A stretch of 64,000 nt of DNA from Escherichia coli O157 typing phage 13, in sequence record KP869111; one strand, written 5' to 3'. Each line of letters starts with the position of its first letter. Position 1 is the stretch's first letter. Shown piece after piece: positions 9,571 through 18,448 of this stretch. The position numbers and the translations under genes were made by a program. Under the pieces are notes generated by a model. The model made no database searches and was not told where the DNA came from. It saw only the letters and a list, made by a program, of their open reading frames with translations.

Positions 9571-9864
9571 TCAACTGTAACGATAACATTCGTTAGCTTT
9601 ACGTTTGGCTTCAGTATGAGAAGTATTATAATCATACTCTTCTTTACTGTAAACATCTTTTTTCAACTTACGAACTTCTTTGCGGAGTTGTCGATTCATT
9701 TCGTTCTTGACTTCAGAATCAACGCCTTTCATACGCTTCCATTTATCAGAGCGGAATATGTTTTCAACCATGTCTTTGTGGCTAACACCGTCAGGAGCTT
9801 TACGTTTACCAAAATAGTCATAATCGCGAACTTTCAAATCTTTACGACGATACGTTTTACCCAT
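9571..9864 (-). CDS. Hypothetical highly basic protein
   Basis: Track ORF 9571-9891 starts with TTG; ATG at 9864 with GAGGT Shine-Dalgarno; Lys/Arg-rich. Confidence 0.5.
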   Translation of the reverse strand: MGKTYRRKDLKVRDYDYFGKRKAPDGVSHKDMVENIFRSDKWKRMKGVDSEVKNEMNRQLRKEVRKLKKDVYSKEEYDYNTSHTEAKRKANECYRYS

Positions 9865-9871
9865 AAGTACC

Positions 9872-10120
9872 TCAGAGGTTGATTGATACAACGCGTTTGA
9901 TAAAATTCACTTCACTTACTGAAAGGTCTTTAAGACCGATTGATTCTAAACGCTGAGTAAGCGTCAACATCGGGATATAATCCCAATGAGTTTTATTTGC
10001 TTGATAAGTACGAACGCCATTAGCAATTTCAACATGCAAATCGGAAATGGTAACGAATACCGGACGTTCGTCATTAACTTTAAGGGTTAGAACAACTTTC
10101 TTTGAATCTAAACTAATCAT
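9872..10120 (-). CDS. Hypothetical protein
   Basis: 82 aa, ATGA overlap with upstream ORF. Confidence 0.5.
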   Translation of the reverse strand: MISLDSKKVVLTLKVNDERPVFVTISDLHVEIANGVRTYQANKTHWDYIPMLTLTQRLESIGLKDLSVSEVNFIKRVVSINL

Positions 10121-10299
10121 GACTTAATTTCCTTCGCAATTGAACAGAAGATACCACGGTCACAAAGCATTTCACCAATTTCTGGATATTTGATTGAACG
10201 GTACCAAACATCCAGGCTTGAAACTCTGGTTATCTGTACTGCATTACCGTTGACAGAATAGTACTGGTCAACCTTAATTTCTTTATCTTCAATTGTCAT
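10117..10299 (-). CDS. Hypothetical small protein
   Basis: Track ORF 10117-10338; ATG at 10299 has a GAGGAA Shine-Dalgarno; first gene after the early promoter at 10329-10357. Confidence 0.45.
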   Translation of the reverse strand: MTIEDKEIKVDQYYSVNGNAVQITRVSSLDVWYRSIKYPEIGEMLCDRGIFCSIAKEIKS

Positions 10300-10328
10300 T
10301 TTATTTTCCTCTGTGGTAGATGGTGTTA

Positions 10329-10357
10329 ATCTTAACATATCTATCGAGGATGTAAAC
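10329..10357 (-). promoter_or_regulatory. T4-type early promoter (GTTTAC-N17-TAAGAT)
   Basis: Minus strand GTTTAC at 10357-10352, 17-nt spacer, TAAGAT at 10334-10329. Confidence 0.55.
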
Positions 10358-10439
10358 TGGTTTTATGAAAATATTTTTGATTTGAGAGGGGCACAAGGAG
10401 ATAGTGAAGTGAAGATTCCAATGGATTATATTAGAAATG

Positions 10440-10467
10440 AGATAAAGAAGACCAGGCGGCACCTGGT
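10440..10467 (-). terminator. Rho-independent terminator after the nrdH-like gene
   Basis: Minus strand GACCAGG-TGCCG-CCTGGTC followed by TTCTTTATCT; directly 3' of the nrdH-like stop. Confidence 0.6.
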
Positions 10468-10790
10468 CAATCTTCTATGATATCAGAGTCGTATCCTAAT
10501 GAAATCAAGGACTTTTTAAACTCTGCAATATTCTTTTGTTTCTTATCATTTAAAAATATGACAGGATAACGAATATTAAGTGAAGTGAATCCTGCACGTT
10601 TAGCAAGAGATACGATTAAAGGTCGGTCATATTCAATCTTACCATTATTAGTGAGGACTTTATAAAATGTATAAGGAGCATTGAGCTCCTTTAAAAGTTT
10701 TGTAACAGTATAACATCCTGGACAACGTCCTACTTCTTCAGGGATGCCATAAATTTCAATCTTGTTCTTTAAGTTCGAGTTTTGTTCCAC
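10467..10790 (-). CDS. nrdH: Glutaredoxin-like protein NrdH (probable GTG start)
   Basis: C-terminal 100 aa of track ORF 10467-10919 contains the redox motif CPGC (VGRCPGCYTVTKLL); the N-terminal part of the track ORF overlaps the neighbouring gene and is hydrophobic junk; GTG at 10790 has an AAGGA Shine-Dalgarno. Track and label coordinates disagree by 1 nt here. Confidence 0.6.
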   Translation of the reverse strand: MEQNSNLKNKIEIYGIPEEVGRCPGCYTVTKLLKELNAPYTFYKVLTNNGKIEYDRPLIVSLAKRAGFTSLNIRYPVIFLNDKKQKNIAEFKKSLISLGYDSDIIED

Positions 10791-11073
10791 GAGAAATAAT
10801 TCCTTGGTAAGCCCAATAAGGAGGATTAACAGAATCCTCGCCAGAGTTTTCTTCAGGAAAATAAACCTGGATAACAAATCCAGATGCATCAAAGGTAAAA
10901 TAAACCGTAGGCAGTTCACCTAACAATTCGGCACGAGCATTAATTTCTTCGAGATCTCGTTCACGTCCAGCCCAAAAACTAGGATTTAGATTACATTCGT
11001 AAAAATAATAGTCATTACCGAACATATCAAACCCCTTCCAACTCTCTACCACATACCGCTCAAAACTAATCAT
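10756..11073 (-). CDS. Hypothetical protein
   Basis: 105 aa ORF with ATG start. Confidence 0.5.
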   Translation of the reverse strand: MISFERYVVESWKGFDMFGNDYYFYECNLNPSFWAGRERDLEEINARAELLGELPTVYFTFDASGFVIQVYFPEENSGEDSVNPPYWAYQGIISRGTKLELKEQD

Positions 11074-11075
11074 AA

Positions 11076-11291
11076 TTAAGCCTTTTTATCAAGAACAGAA
11101 TTCAGTTTATTAGTAATTTTGTCCAAACGTTCATTGAATTCGCTGGAGGATAAACCCTTTTCCGGAGAAATTAAACTAATCACGAAAAATACACCAGTAA
11201 AAGGAATAAGAAAAATAGCTCCAACTGCCATAAACAAAAAGAACGTTACAGTTGTAAGAAAATCAGCTAAACCTTTACGAAATTTATACAT
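11076..11291 (-). CDS. Hypothetical small membrane protein
   Basis: 71 aa; hydrophobic stretch FFLFMAVGAIFLIPFTGVFFVISLI. Confidence 0.5.
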   Translation of the reverse strand: MYKFRKGLADFLTTVTFFLFMAVGAIFLIPFTGVFFVISLISPEKGLSSSEFNERLDKITNKLNSVLDKKA

Positions 11292-11402
11292 ATTTACCCT
11301 TAATTAATTAACCAAGCATTGATAAGCAAACCATATTGCGAATAAAATTCTGGACCAAAATGAAAAATCATATCATTTATAGTATCCATAATGTAGTTCA
11401 AT

Positions 11403-11873
11403 TTAATCATGTTTCCACACCCCATTGGTATTCGACCAAAGTCGCTGATTATCTGATCCTCGCCACAGTTTTTTGGTCGGAAGATTTTTCTCATACTTCC
11501 CATCAATAATAACATCAACATATTTAAGCATTTCTAGTTGTTTAATATCTTCAAACTTATATCCTGTCCACAACCAAATGCTTTTATTGGGATAAATATT
11601 TTTTACTGTTTGAACAATGCAATGAACAACATCTCTATTATCAGGATAGAGAGGGTCGCCTCCGGTTATAGTCAATCCTTCTATATAATCATTATTCAAA
11701 CATTCAATTAATTGTTCTAGTGTCTCTCCAGTGAATGGAGCACCATTTCTAGCGTTCCATGTTGATTTATTATAACACCCTTCACATTTATGCAAACAAC
11801 CTGTAACGAAAAGAACGACCCTGCAACCAGGGCCATTCACAAAATCGCAAGGATAAAATCTATCATAATTCAT
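11403..11873 (-). CDS. nrdG: Anaerobic ribonucleotide reductase activating protein NrdG (radical SAM)
   Basis: 156 aa, same as T4 NrdG; cysteine cluster CLHKCEGCYN typical of glycyl-radical activases. Confidence 0.9.
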   Translation of the reverse strand: MNYDRFYPCDFVNGPGCRVVLFVTGCLHKCEGCYNKSTWNARNGAPFTGETLEQLIECLNNDYIEGLTITGGDPLYPDNRDVVHCIVQTVKNIYPNKSIWLWTGYKFEDIKQLEMLKYVDVIIDGKYEKNLPTKKLWRGSDNQRLWSNTNGVWKHD

Positions 11874-13687
11874 TGGTGTTTAACCCTATGCATGATTTCT
11901 TTATTTTTACCGAGATTAAATCCGCGTTCGTTCGGATTTCCCAAATAACCGCATGTTCTTCTTATGGTGTTCATCTTTTTAGGATCAGTTTCTCCGCAAA
12001 CTGAACAAACAAATCCGTTTTCAGTAGGAGTCATTTCATGGGTACTTCCACATGTAAAACATTTATCTACTGGCATATTAACACCAAAATAATCTAAATG
12101 TTGTGCAGCATAATCCCAGACAGCCTCAAGTCCCTTTAAATTGTTTTTCATATCTGGAAGTTCAACATAAGAAATGTGACCACCTGTCGCAATGAAATGA
12201 TATGGCGCTTCACGAGAAATCTTTTCAAACGGAGTAATATTTTCTTCTACTGAAACATGGAAACTATTAGTGTACCAGCCTTTATCTGTAACATCTTTTA
12301 CACTTCCATATTTTTCTGTGTCTAGTTTACAGAAACGATAACAAAGGTTTTCAGCAGGTGTAGAATACAAGCTAAAAGCAAACCCAGTTCTTTCAGTCCA
12401 TTGTTTAAGAAGAGCATTCATTTTAGTTAAAATTTCTTGTCCAATATCACGTCCGACAAGAATATTCAATTCGTGGATACCAATGTATCCTAAAGACACT
12501 GAACTTCTACCGTTTTTAAATAACTCAATTATGTCGTCATCAGGTTTAAGACGAACCCCGAATGCACCTTCTTGGTAAAGAATAGGAGCAACAGTCGCTT
12601 TAACTCCTTTTAAGGAACTAATTCTACACATCAAGGCTTCAAAACACAGATCCATACGTTCATTGAATAATTCAACAAATTTCTGTTCATTGAACTGTGT
12701 TCCAATATAAGAATCTAATGCGATACGAGGAAGATTCAGTGTTACAACACCGAGATTATTACGTCCATCAAGAATTTCATTACCAGTCGAATCTTTCCAT
12801 ACGCTCAAGAAACTACGGCAACCCATTGGAGAAACTGGAACTGAAGAACCAGTAATAGCTTTATTATTCTTAGCTGAAATAATATCAGGATACATTCTTT
12901 TGCTTGCGCACTCTAGAGCAAGCTGCTTAATATCATAGTTCGGATCGTCTTTATAAAGATTAACACCTTCTTCAACGAACATAACAAGCTTAGGGAAAAT
13001 AGGAGTTATTCCATCACGACCAAGACCTTTAATGCGGTTTTTAAGAATTGCCTTCTGAATCATTCGTTCAGTCCAATCGGCCCCCGTACCAAATGTAATT
13101 GTTACAAAAGGTGTTTGTCCGTTTGAACTAAAGAGAGTATTTACTTCATATTCATAAGCTTGGAACGCGTCATAGACATCTTTTTCTGTTTTGGATTGAG
13201 CATAATTCAACGCATCAGCGATTTGCCATTTTTCCGCATCTTCAACATGTTTAGCGTATGTGCGTTTAACATAAGGAGAAAGAACTTTATCGACATTTGC
13301 AAATGTAGTTCCGCCATACTGATGTGAAGCAACTTGTGCAGTAATTTGTGCCATAATTGCAGTAGCAACACCAATCGATTTAGGCGTTTCAATTTGAGCA
13401 TTGCCTAATTTAAATCCGTTCTCAAGCATCCCCTTTAAATCGACTAAACAACAATTAGTAAACGGAAGAGCAGGAGAATAATCAATATCATGCATGTGGA
13501 TAATTCCACTTTCATGCGCATTCATAATAAAAGACGGGACCATATTTTTGGCAATGTGCTTAGACACAATACCAGCCATAAGGTCCCGTTGAGTTGGAAA
13601 AACACGAGAATCTTTATTAGCATTCTCGTTTAAAAGGTCTTTATTAGTTTTATGAATTAATCCTTCAATTTCTTTTTCAATTTTCAT
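11870..13687 (-). CDS. nrdD: Anaerobic ribonucleoside-triphosphate reductase NrdD (uninterrupted, no intron)
   Basis: 605 aa, the T4 NrdD length; C-terminal Zn-ribbon CFTCGSTHE...CSVCG and glycyl radical region RTCGYLG. Confidence 0.95.
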   Translation of the reverse strand: MKIEKEIEGLIHKTNKDLLNENANKDSRVFPTQRDLMAGIVSKHIAKNMVPSFIMNAHESGIIHMHDIDYSPALPFTNCCLVDLKGMLENGFKLGNAQIETPKSIGVATAIMAQITAQVASHQYGGTTFANVDKVLSPYVKRTYAKHVEDAEKWQIADALNYAQSKTEKDVYDAFQAYEYEVNTLFSSNGQTPFVTITFGTGADWTERMIQKAILKNRIKGLGRDGITPIFPKLVMFVEEGVNLYKDDPNYDIKQLALECASKRMYPDIISAKNNKAITGSSVPVSPMGCRSFLSVWKDSTGNEILDGRNNLGVVTLNLPRIALDSYIGTQFNEQKFVELFNERMDLCFEALMCRISSLKGVKATVAPILYQEGAFGVRLKPDDDIIELFKNGRSSVSLGYIGIHELNILVGRDIGQEILTKMNALLKQWTERTGFAFSLYSTPAENLCYRFCKLDTEKYGSVKDVTDKGWYTNSFHVSVEENITPFEKISREAPYHFIATGGHISYVELPDMKNNLKGLEAVWDYAAQHLDYFGVNMPVDKCFTCGSTHEMTPTENGFVCSVCGETDPKKMNTIRRTCGYLGNPNERGFNLGKNKEIMHRVKHQ

Positions 13688-14157
13688 TTTAAACTCTTTC
13701 TAAGCTGCTTTTTGAATGAAGCTATTAATTGTGTTTTAGTATCAGATTCATTATATTCAAATCCTCTTTGAAGCATCTCAGTCATCATTTCCTCTTTACC
13801 TAGTCTTGAGAACTCTTTAGTTTTGTCTGGAACAAAATTAGGATGGATATTATTATCAGAATAATCTTGTTTCAAATAAGCAAGAAGAGCTTCAAGCCAT
13901 TCGAGGTAATCAACGTTTTGACCTTTAAGACCAGAACGGTTGAACTTATGCTTCATTTGACCTTCTGCTGCATTGCACAGGTTACATAGTAAACCACGAA
14001 CCTTACCAGCTTTTGGCCCGTTTAATTCATGGTCGTGGTCAAGATGGTTACCTTGAACATCAGGGTCTAATTCACGGTGGCAAATAGGACACTTACCATT
14101 CTGTGCATCATAAAATTTTTGTTTTTCTTCTTTATATTTTGCGCCTGATAATAACAT
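13684..14157 (-). CDS. 49: Endonuclease VII (Holliday junction resolvase) gp49
   Basis: 157 aa; near-identical to recalled T4 gp49 (NGKCxICxREL...HLDHDHELNGPKAGKVRGLLCNLCNAAEGQMKHKFNRSGLKGQ). Confidence 0.93.
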   Translation of the reverse strand: MLLSGAKYKEEKQKFYDAQNGKCPICHRELDPDVQGNHLDHDHELNGPKAGKVRGLLCNLCNAAEGQMKHKFNRSGLKGQNVDYLEWLEALLAYLKQDYSDNNIHPNFVPDKTKEFSRLGKEEMMTEMLQRGFEYNESDTKTQLIASFKKQLRKSLK

Positions 14158-14163
14158 GATAAA

Positions 14164-14186
14164 CCCTTACCTTAAATAGATAAGGG
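14164..14186 (-). promoter_or_regulatory. Hairpin sequestering the gene 49 ribosome-binding site
   Basis: Minus strand CCCTTA-(11 nt loop)-TAAGGG; the 3' arm TAAGGG lies 6 nt upstream of the gene 49 ATG. Confidence 0.55.
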
Positions 14187-14194
14187 TATTTATA
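14187..14194 (-). promoter_or_regulatory. Late promoter TATAAATA for gene 49
   Basis: Exact TATAAATA on the minus strand immediately 5' of the hairpin; a transcript initiating here would lack the 5' arm. Confidence 0.6.
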
Positions 14195-14384
14195 ATTTAG
14201 TAAACGTTATAAAAGTCTCGATGGAAACGCTTATACTGACGAATCATTCTTTTAGTAGGACGAGTTTCTGAAATAATTGAAGTCCTCATATTTGGATTGT
14301 TTGGGGCCCAATCATAATAAATTTCCAGGATTTTTGCCCATTTTTTCTTTCGCCATAAAATAGTTCAGTTTTCATAATAAGCCC

Positions 14385-14798
14385 TTAACTTAAACGTCTT
14401 TCTAAATATTCAATGTATTCCGCGGCGGCTTGCATCAGATTACCTTCATAACCGTCATTATTTTCTTGACCGGCTAATTTAGCTAAAGCATAAGAAATAC
14501 GTTCACCTTCGAATTCGCCAAGACCACCATCACAAACTACTTGGTCAATTTCTTCGAGTTCATCTATTGAATGGGATTCCCAGAAGCACCAAAGAGAAGT
14601 ATCACGGTCATAGATGCAAAGTTTCTCACCTGTGTTCAACATCACTTCGATAATGCCATGGTCGCCATAACCATCTTCGGTAGTAGTACCAATTACCTTG
14701 ATGATTGTTCCTTTCTTTAATTCAGGAAACTTGACTTGTAGTTCTTCATCTTCTTTAACAATCTTGAACCATTTACCGCGAGTTTCAGAAATATTCAT
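14385..14798 (-). CDS. Hypothetical protein
   Basis: Track ORF 14385-14936; ATG at 14798 gives 137 aa (MNISETRGKWFKIVK...); the upstream part overlaps the neighbouring small ORF. Confidence 0.5.
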   Translation of the reverse strand: MNISETRGKWFKIVKEDEELQVKFPELKKGTIIKVIGTTTEDGYGDHGIIEVMLNTGEKLCIYDRDTSLWCFWESHSIDELEEIDQVVCDGGLGEFEGERISYALAKLAGQENNDGYEGNLMQAAAEYIEYLERRLS

Positions 14799-14799
14799 A

Positions 14800-14970
14800 T
14801 CAATATTCTCTATAAAAGTTACGATGAGAACGTTTAGCTTTGCGAAGCTGACGTTTAGTAGGACGAACTGTAAATGGTTGTCCAGAGAAAAAATTCGGAT
14901 CGGTTTTAATAAGCAAATACCAATCATGTTTGCCATTTTTTAATAAACGGTACAATAATTTAACTTGCAT
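14800..14970 (-). CDS. Hypothetical small basic protein
   Basis: Track ORF starts with TTG at 14997; ATG at 14970 with GGAAGAG upstream; 56 aa with a basic C-terminus. Confidence 0.4.
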   Translation of the reverse strand: MQVKLLYRLLKNGKHDWYLLIKTDPNFFSGQPFTVRPTKRQLRKAKRSHRNFYREY

Positions 14971-15019
14971 AATAATCTCTTCCCATTTCCATATCAATTA
15001 ATTCATTTATTGAAGGTTC

Positions 15020-15049
15020 ATCATAACACGTTTCTTCGTCGTTGTAAAC
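15020..15049 (-). promoter_or_regulatory. T4-type early promoter (GTTTAC-N18-TATGAT)
   Basis: Minus strand GTTTAC at 15049-15044 and TATGAT at 15025-15020; two hairpins lie just upstream at about 15046-15098. Confidence 0.5.
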
Positions 15050-15098
15050 TGTTTCGACGTCTGGCTCGACCGTCTCCCATCGAGCCGAATACCACGGT

Positions 15099-15455
15099 TT
15101 AACCGCGGAGTTTATTGATCTCTTCATAATCAACCCAGGATTCTAGCCCAGATGGCAAATCAGATTCAATTTCCCAAAGAAGCTCTTCAATGGCTTGCAG
15201 GCGATTATATTCTTCAACGGTAATGGTAACCATTGGTGCAACCGGTTCTGCCTTTTTAACAATCATATCGTTCATCAGGATGTAAAGGTCATCACGAACG
15301 ACAGTGTCGTTCCAACCCCATGATTTGGCTTCATAAGCTAATGATGAAGGGAGCACATTTAAAACTTCAATAATAGTTGGAGCATCAGGACCAAGTTCAT
15401 TGGCACAAACTTCGTATACATCTTGGAAATCTTTAAGATTTAATGAATATGTCAT
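15099..15455 (-). CDS. Hypothetical protein
   Basis: 118 aa, ATGA overlap with the nrdC stop. Confidence 0.5.
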   Translation of the reverse strand: MTYSLNLKDFQDVYEVCANELGPDAPTIIEVLNVLPSSLAYEAKSWGWNDTVVRDDLYILMNDMIVKKAEPVAPMVTITVEEYNRLQAIEELLWEIESDLPSGLESWVDYEEINKLRG

Positions 15456-15715
15456 TTAAAATATTCTCGTAGTTGGTCAAAGCCACCGATCGAAGTTCCA
15501 TCAGGAGCAAACACTTGAGGCATAGTCAATCCAACTTGTGATTCACGTCCAAGCTTAACCAGAAGCTCAGCAATTTTCTCATCATCAAAAACACCTTTTT
15601 CTGGCATAACGTTAATGAATTCGAATGGTTGTTTCTTAACAGTCAGCAATCGTTTCGCATTATCACAATAAATGCATTTATGAATAGTAGAGTCATACCC
15701 GTACACTTTAAACAT
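15452..15715 (-). CDS. nrdC: Thioredoxin/glutaredoxin NrdC
   Basis: ATG at 15715 preceded by AAAGGAAAA gives MFKVYGYDSTIHKCIYCDNAKRLL (CxxC motif), matching recalled T4 NrdC (87 aa). Confidence 0.85.
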   Translation of the reverse strand: MFKVYGYDSTIHKCIYCDNAKRLLTVKKQPFEFINVMPEKGVFDDEKIAELLVKLGRESQVGLTMPQVFAPDGTSIGGFDQLREYFK

Positions 15716-16121
15716 TATTTTTCCTTTCATCGATTAAATATGCAACGCCAAATACAATACATGTAATAAAACCTGTGATACAGATAGAAACCAACAACAC
15801 TGTACCAAAGAACCAAATCAGGTTATCTTTAGTAGTTTGTTTTATATCCATCTCACGAATTTCTATAGCTATAGTATCACCTTTATTCAGAAGCGTATAA
15901 AACGACGGTGATACATGCCTGTCAAAAACTCGTCCTTGCTCATCTTTATAGACTGCAATAAATTCTAATTTAGAATATTTTCCTGTAGATTGACCTGAGA
16001 TTAATTCCACTACCTCCACAGGAATTACTTTAGTTTCCATGTAAGTATTCTGACTGTTCCAAATGAATGGAATAATAGCAAAAACTAAAGCTGCGATAAA
16101 ACAACGAAGGCTATATCTCAT
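15708..16121 (-). CDS. Hypothetical membrane protein (N- and C-terminal transmembrane segments)
   Basis: 137 aa; hydrophobic N-terminus CFIAALVFAIIPFIW and C-terminal LIWFFGTVLLVSICITGFITCIVFGVAYLI. Confidence 0.5.
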   Translation of the reverse strand: MRYSLRCFIAALVFAIIPFIWNSQNTYMETKVIPVEVVELISGQSTGKYSKLEFIAVYKDEQGRVFDRHVSPSFYTLLNKGDTIAIEIREMDIKQTTKDNLIWFFGTVLLVSICITGFITCIVFGVAYLIDERKNNV

Positions 16122-16426
16122 TATAATGTTCTCTCAAATTTGTGGAAGCATTTACGGCATTTCAATTTCAAGTTATCACTGGTCCAGTTAACCAGTTGGA
16201 CTTGGATAGTTCCACATTCCGGACATGGATGTTTTGCTGCCGATTTGGCAGCATTTTCACGTCGTTCAACCATTTTCATGATTTCGTTCCATGCTGGAGG
16301 AACGAACTCTTCTTCACCGTGGATTTTATCTCGCTGAACAAATTCAATCTTTGAACTATCGTCAATAAACTTAACCAAGCGGTGATTAGTGTTCATATCA
16401 ATATCCTCTAAAAGACGTAGTTTCAT
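16121..16426 (-). CDS. Hypothetical zinc-ribbon protein
   Basis: 101 aa; CPECG...CRKC four-cysteine motif at the C-terminus. Confidence 0.5.
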   Translation of the reverse strand: MKLRLLEDIDMNTNHRLVKFIDDSSKIEFVQRDKIHGEEEFVPPAWNEIMKMVERRENAAKSAAKHPCPECGTIQVQLVNWTSDNLKLKCRKCFHKFERTL

Positions 16427-17370
16427 TATAACACCTCAATGGCATTTCGTAAACCATCCGCTTTCGCATTCAGAGCTTTTAACGATTTAGTCTGTTCTTT
16501 AATCTGGGCTTCGACTTCTTTCAGACGAGATTTGAGATATTCGCGTTCTTCGGCCATGATATCGACCTTTTCTGCTTTAGGTTCTTTAATAGGCTTAAAC
16601 ACATTAGGGTTCTTCAGTTTAATTTTAATTCGAGAACTGAATAACATTGAACCGTTATCTTCGGTTTCGTCGAACATTTCAACAACATCCATAGTCTGTA
16701 ACATCATGCGAAGTTTATAAGACAGAGAACGAATGGTTTTGTTGCGCTTATTAATTTCTTCGGCTTTCATGGTACCGAGATTACGTGAGTAATAATAAGG
16801 AACCTGGATATCAATTGATAACGATGCGTTACCATTACCAGTTGGTTTGAATACTGCAGTAACCCAATCTTTAACATGAACTTTATTTGTACGACCATCG
16901 CCGCCTGTGAATAATTTACGTGAATGTTTAAAAAGCATATTCACTTGGTTATTGAATTCACAAGCAAATTTATCAGCAAATTTAGTTTCAGGAATGGTGG
17001 AGAACCAATCAGCTAAATGAGTCTTTTTAACATCATTAACAATAGTGAATTCAACCAAATCGGTTTTAGATGTCACAGATTTAATAAAGCTCGGTTTCAT
17101 AAAGTTTTTAATGTTATCACGAGCCACAGTAGAAGATAATAAACGAGAACGTTTGAACCATTGAAGCAACGTCCCTAATGAATGAGAATATGCATTTTGA
17201 GTATCTTTACAGATATGATTTTCTTGGCCTGTGTATGTACCAAAATCGCGAAGAATACCACTTACTACATCTCGGTGTGGAACATCAAATCCTAATGAAC
17301 CAGAAGCACGTTGGGCATGAACGTTAGCGATAAGACCTGCAAAGTATTCAATGTAATGTGAACGTGTCAT
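16426..17370 (-). CDS. Hypothetical protein with C-terminal coiled coil (tandem set member 1)
   Basis: 314 aa; ATG with AGGAAAA Shine-Dalgarno; C-terminal heptad-like segment EEREYLKSRLKEVEAQIKEQTKSLKALNAKADGLRNAIEVL; own early promoter upstream. Confidence 0.6.
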   Translation of the reverse strand: MTRSHYIEYFAGLIANVHAQRASGSLGFDVPHRDVVSGILRDFGTYTGQENHICKDTQNAYSHSLGTLLQWFKRSRLLSSTVARDNIKNFMKPSFIKSVTSKTDLVEFTIVNDVKKTHLADWFSTIPETKFADKFACEFNNQVNMLFKHSRKLFTGGDGRTNKVHVKDWVTAVFKPTGNGNASLSIDIQVPYYYSRNLGTMKAEEINKRNKTIRSLSYKLRMMLQTMDVVEMFDETEDNGSMLFSSRIKIKLKNPNVFKPIKEPKAEKVDIMAEEREYLKSRLKEVEAQIKEQTKSLKALNAKADGLRNAIEVL

Positions 17371-17398
17371 AATATTTTCCTCTCGTTAAGATAGATTC

Positions 17399-17428
17399 AT
17401 TATACTCCAACCATCCTTGGTTGTAAAC
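17399..17428 (-). promoter_or_regulatory. T4-type early promoter inside a repeated cassette
   Basis: Minus strand GTTTAC (17428-17423), 18-nt spacer, TATAAT (17404-17399); 26-nt block TATACTCCAACCATCCTTGGTTGTA repeated at 18422-18447. Confidence 0.6.
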
Positions 17429-17432
17429 TATT

Positions 17433-18392
17433 TTATGATTTTAACGCATTCATTGCGTTAAAAAGTTTAGAATACTGCAACTGGAGATTCGTTACAACAC
17501 TTTGAGCATCACGAAGCTTAGCTTGTGCTTTGTCAAGTTCAACAGACAGTTGGTCCATAGTGGCCTTGATTTGATTGTAATGGTAATCTTCGGCCGGAAG
17601 AAGGTCATTAGAAACATTTAGTTTTACTGCAGACAGTTTGCACACATTTGGCAAACCTTTAAACATTGATTTACCCGAAGTAGAATAAGCACTTAGGACT
17701 TCGGCCTGTTCAATTGGGGTCCCAGTAAGCGATGCTTCAAACAATGCATTTTCCTTTTTAAGATTTTGATAATATTCGGAGTCTTTGTGCCACCATGGCG
17801 CAGGAACCTTTTTACCAATAGATACACGAGCCTGGATAGCGATATGGCCCTTATTCTTGATAAGGTCGATAATATTAAGCTCACGAGAATAAATCGCTTT
17901 AATCTGGTGGATATTATCACCTAAAACTTCCAACGCTTGGTGGAATACACGAGCGACATTATCATTCTTAGGTTTATACGTAAGAGTGAACTCATTCTCA
18001 CTGATAACCATGATTTCCAACTTATCGTAAGTATATTTCAAATGTTTCATGTTAATTGCTTGAGGACGAATACGAGAAGCAATGGCCATCAGATTGTTAA
18101 GGTTATTCCGGAACTGCTTAGCGAAATATTGTCCTTCACCGCCAATACAAAAATTACGAAGTTTCTGTTTGGCCAATAAACGGCTGAACTCACCATTTTT
18201 AATGAACTCTTTAACGGGTGTGTTAGTAACGCATTCAAATTGAGTAAACTTACGAGAAGTAATCCCATAATATGAACAGATTTCCTCAATCTCTTCAGGA
18301 GTCTTTACAGGCATACGGATAGGATTAGGTCCTGGAGTATATGCGTTCGAGGTAAATTCTTTGATAAGTTCTCTACGTGTAATAAAAGCCAT
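17433..18392 (-). CDS. Hypothetical protein with C-terminal coiled coil (tandem set member 2)
   Basis: 319 aa; GAGGAA Shine-Dalgarno; C-terminal coiled coil MDQLSVELDKAQAKLRDAQSVVTNLQLQYSKLFNAMNALKS. Confidence 0.6.
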   Translation of the reverse strand: MAFITRRELIKEFTSNAYTPGPNPIRMPVKTPEEIEEICSYYGITSRKFTQFECVTNTPVKEFIKNGEFSRLLAKQKLRNFCIGGEGQYFAKQFRNNLNNLMAIASRIRPQAINMKHLKYTYDKLEIMVISENEFTLTYKPKNDNVARVFHQALEVLGDNIHQIKAIYSRELNIIDLIKNKGHIAIQARVSIGKKVPAPWWHKDSEYYQNLKKENALFEASLTGTPIEQAEVLSAYSTSGKSMFKGLPNVCKLSAVKLNVSNDLLPAEDYHYNQIKATMDQLSVELDKAQAKLRDAQSVVTNLQLQYSKLFNAMNALKS

Positions 18393-18419
18393 TTTATATT
18401 CCTCATGTTGAAAAATTTA

Positions 18420-18448
18420 TTATACTCCAACCATCCTTGGTTGTACAT
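18420..18448 (-). promoter_or_regulatory. Early promoter-like cassette (repeat of 17399-17428)
   Basis: TATAAT at 18425-18420 and TGTACA 17 nt upstream; 25 of 26 nt identical to the cassette at 17401-17426. Confidence 0.5.

Noticed and set aside
10501-10560. Apparent frameshift in the nrdH-like gene
   Set aside because: The displayed line appears to contain 59 rather than 60 characters; the ORF track is self-consistent, so this is a display/coordinate artefact and not a biological frameshift.
10467-10919. Full-length 150-aa version of the nrdH-like ORF
   Set aside because: Its N-terminal 40 residues are hydrophobic low-complexity sequence overlapping the neighbouring gene in another frame; the glutaredoxin domain starts near an internal GTG with a good ribosome-binding site.
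11300-11521. 73-aa ORF overlapping the 3' end of nrdG
   Set aside because: Out-of-frame overlap with conserved nrdG; upstream part is better explained as promoter/leader for the downstream membrane-protein gene.
11870-13687. Group I intron in nrdD (present in T4)
   Set aside because: The reading frame is continuous for 605 aa with no interruption, so no intron is present in this window.
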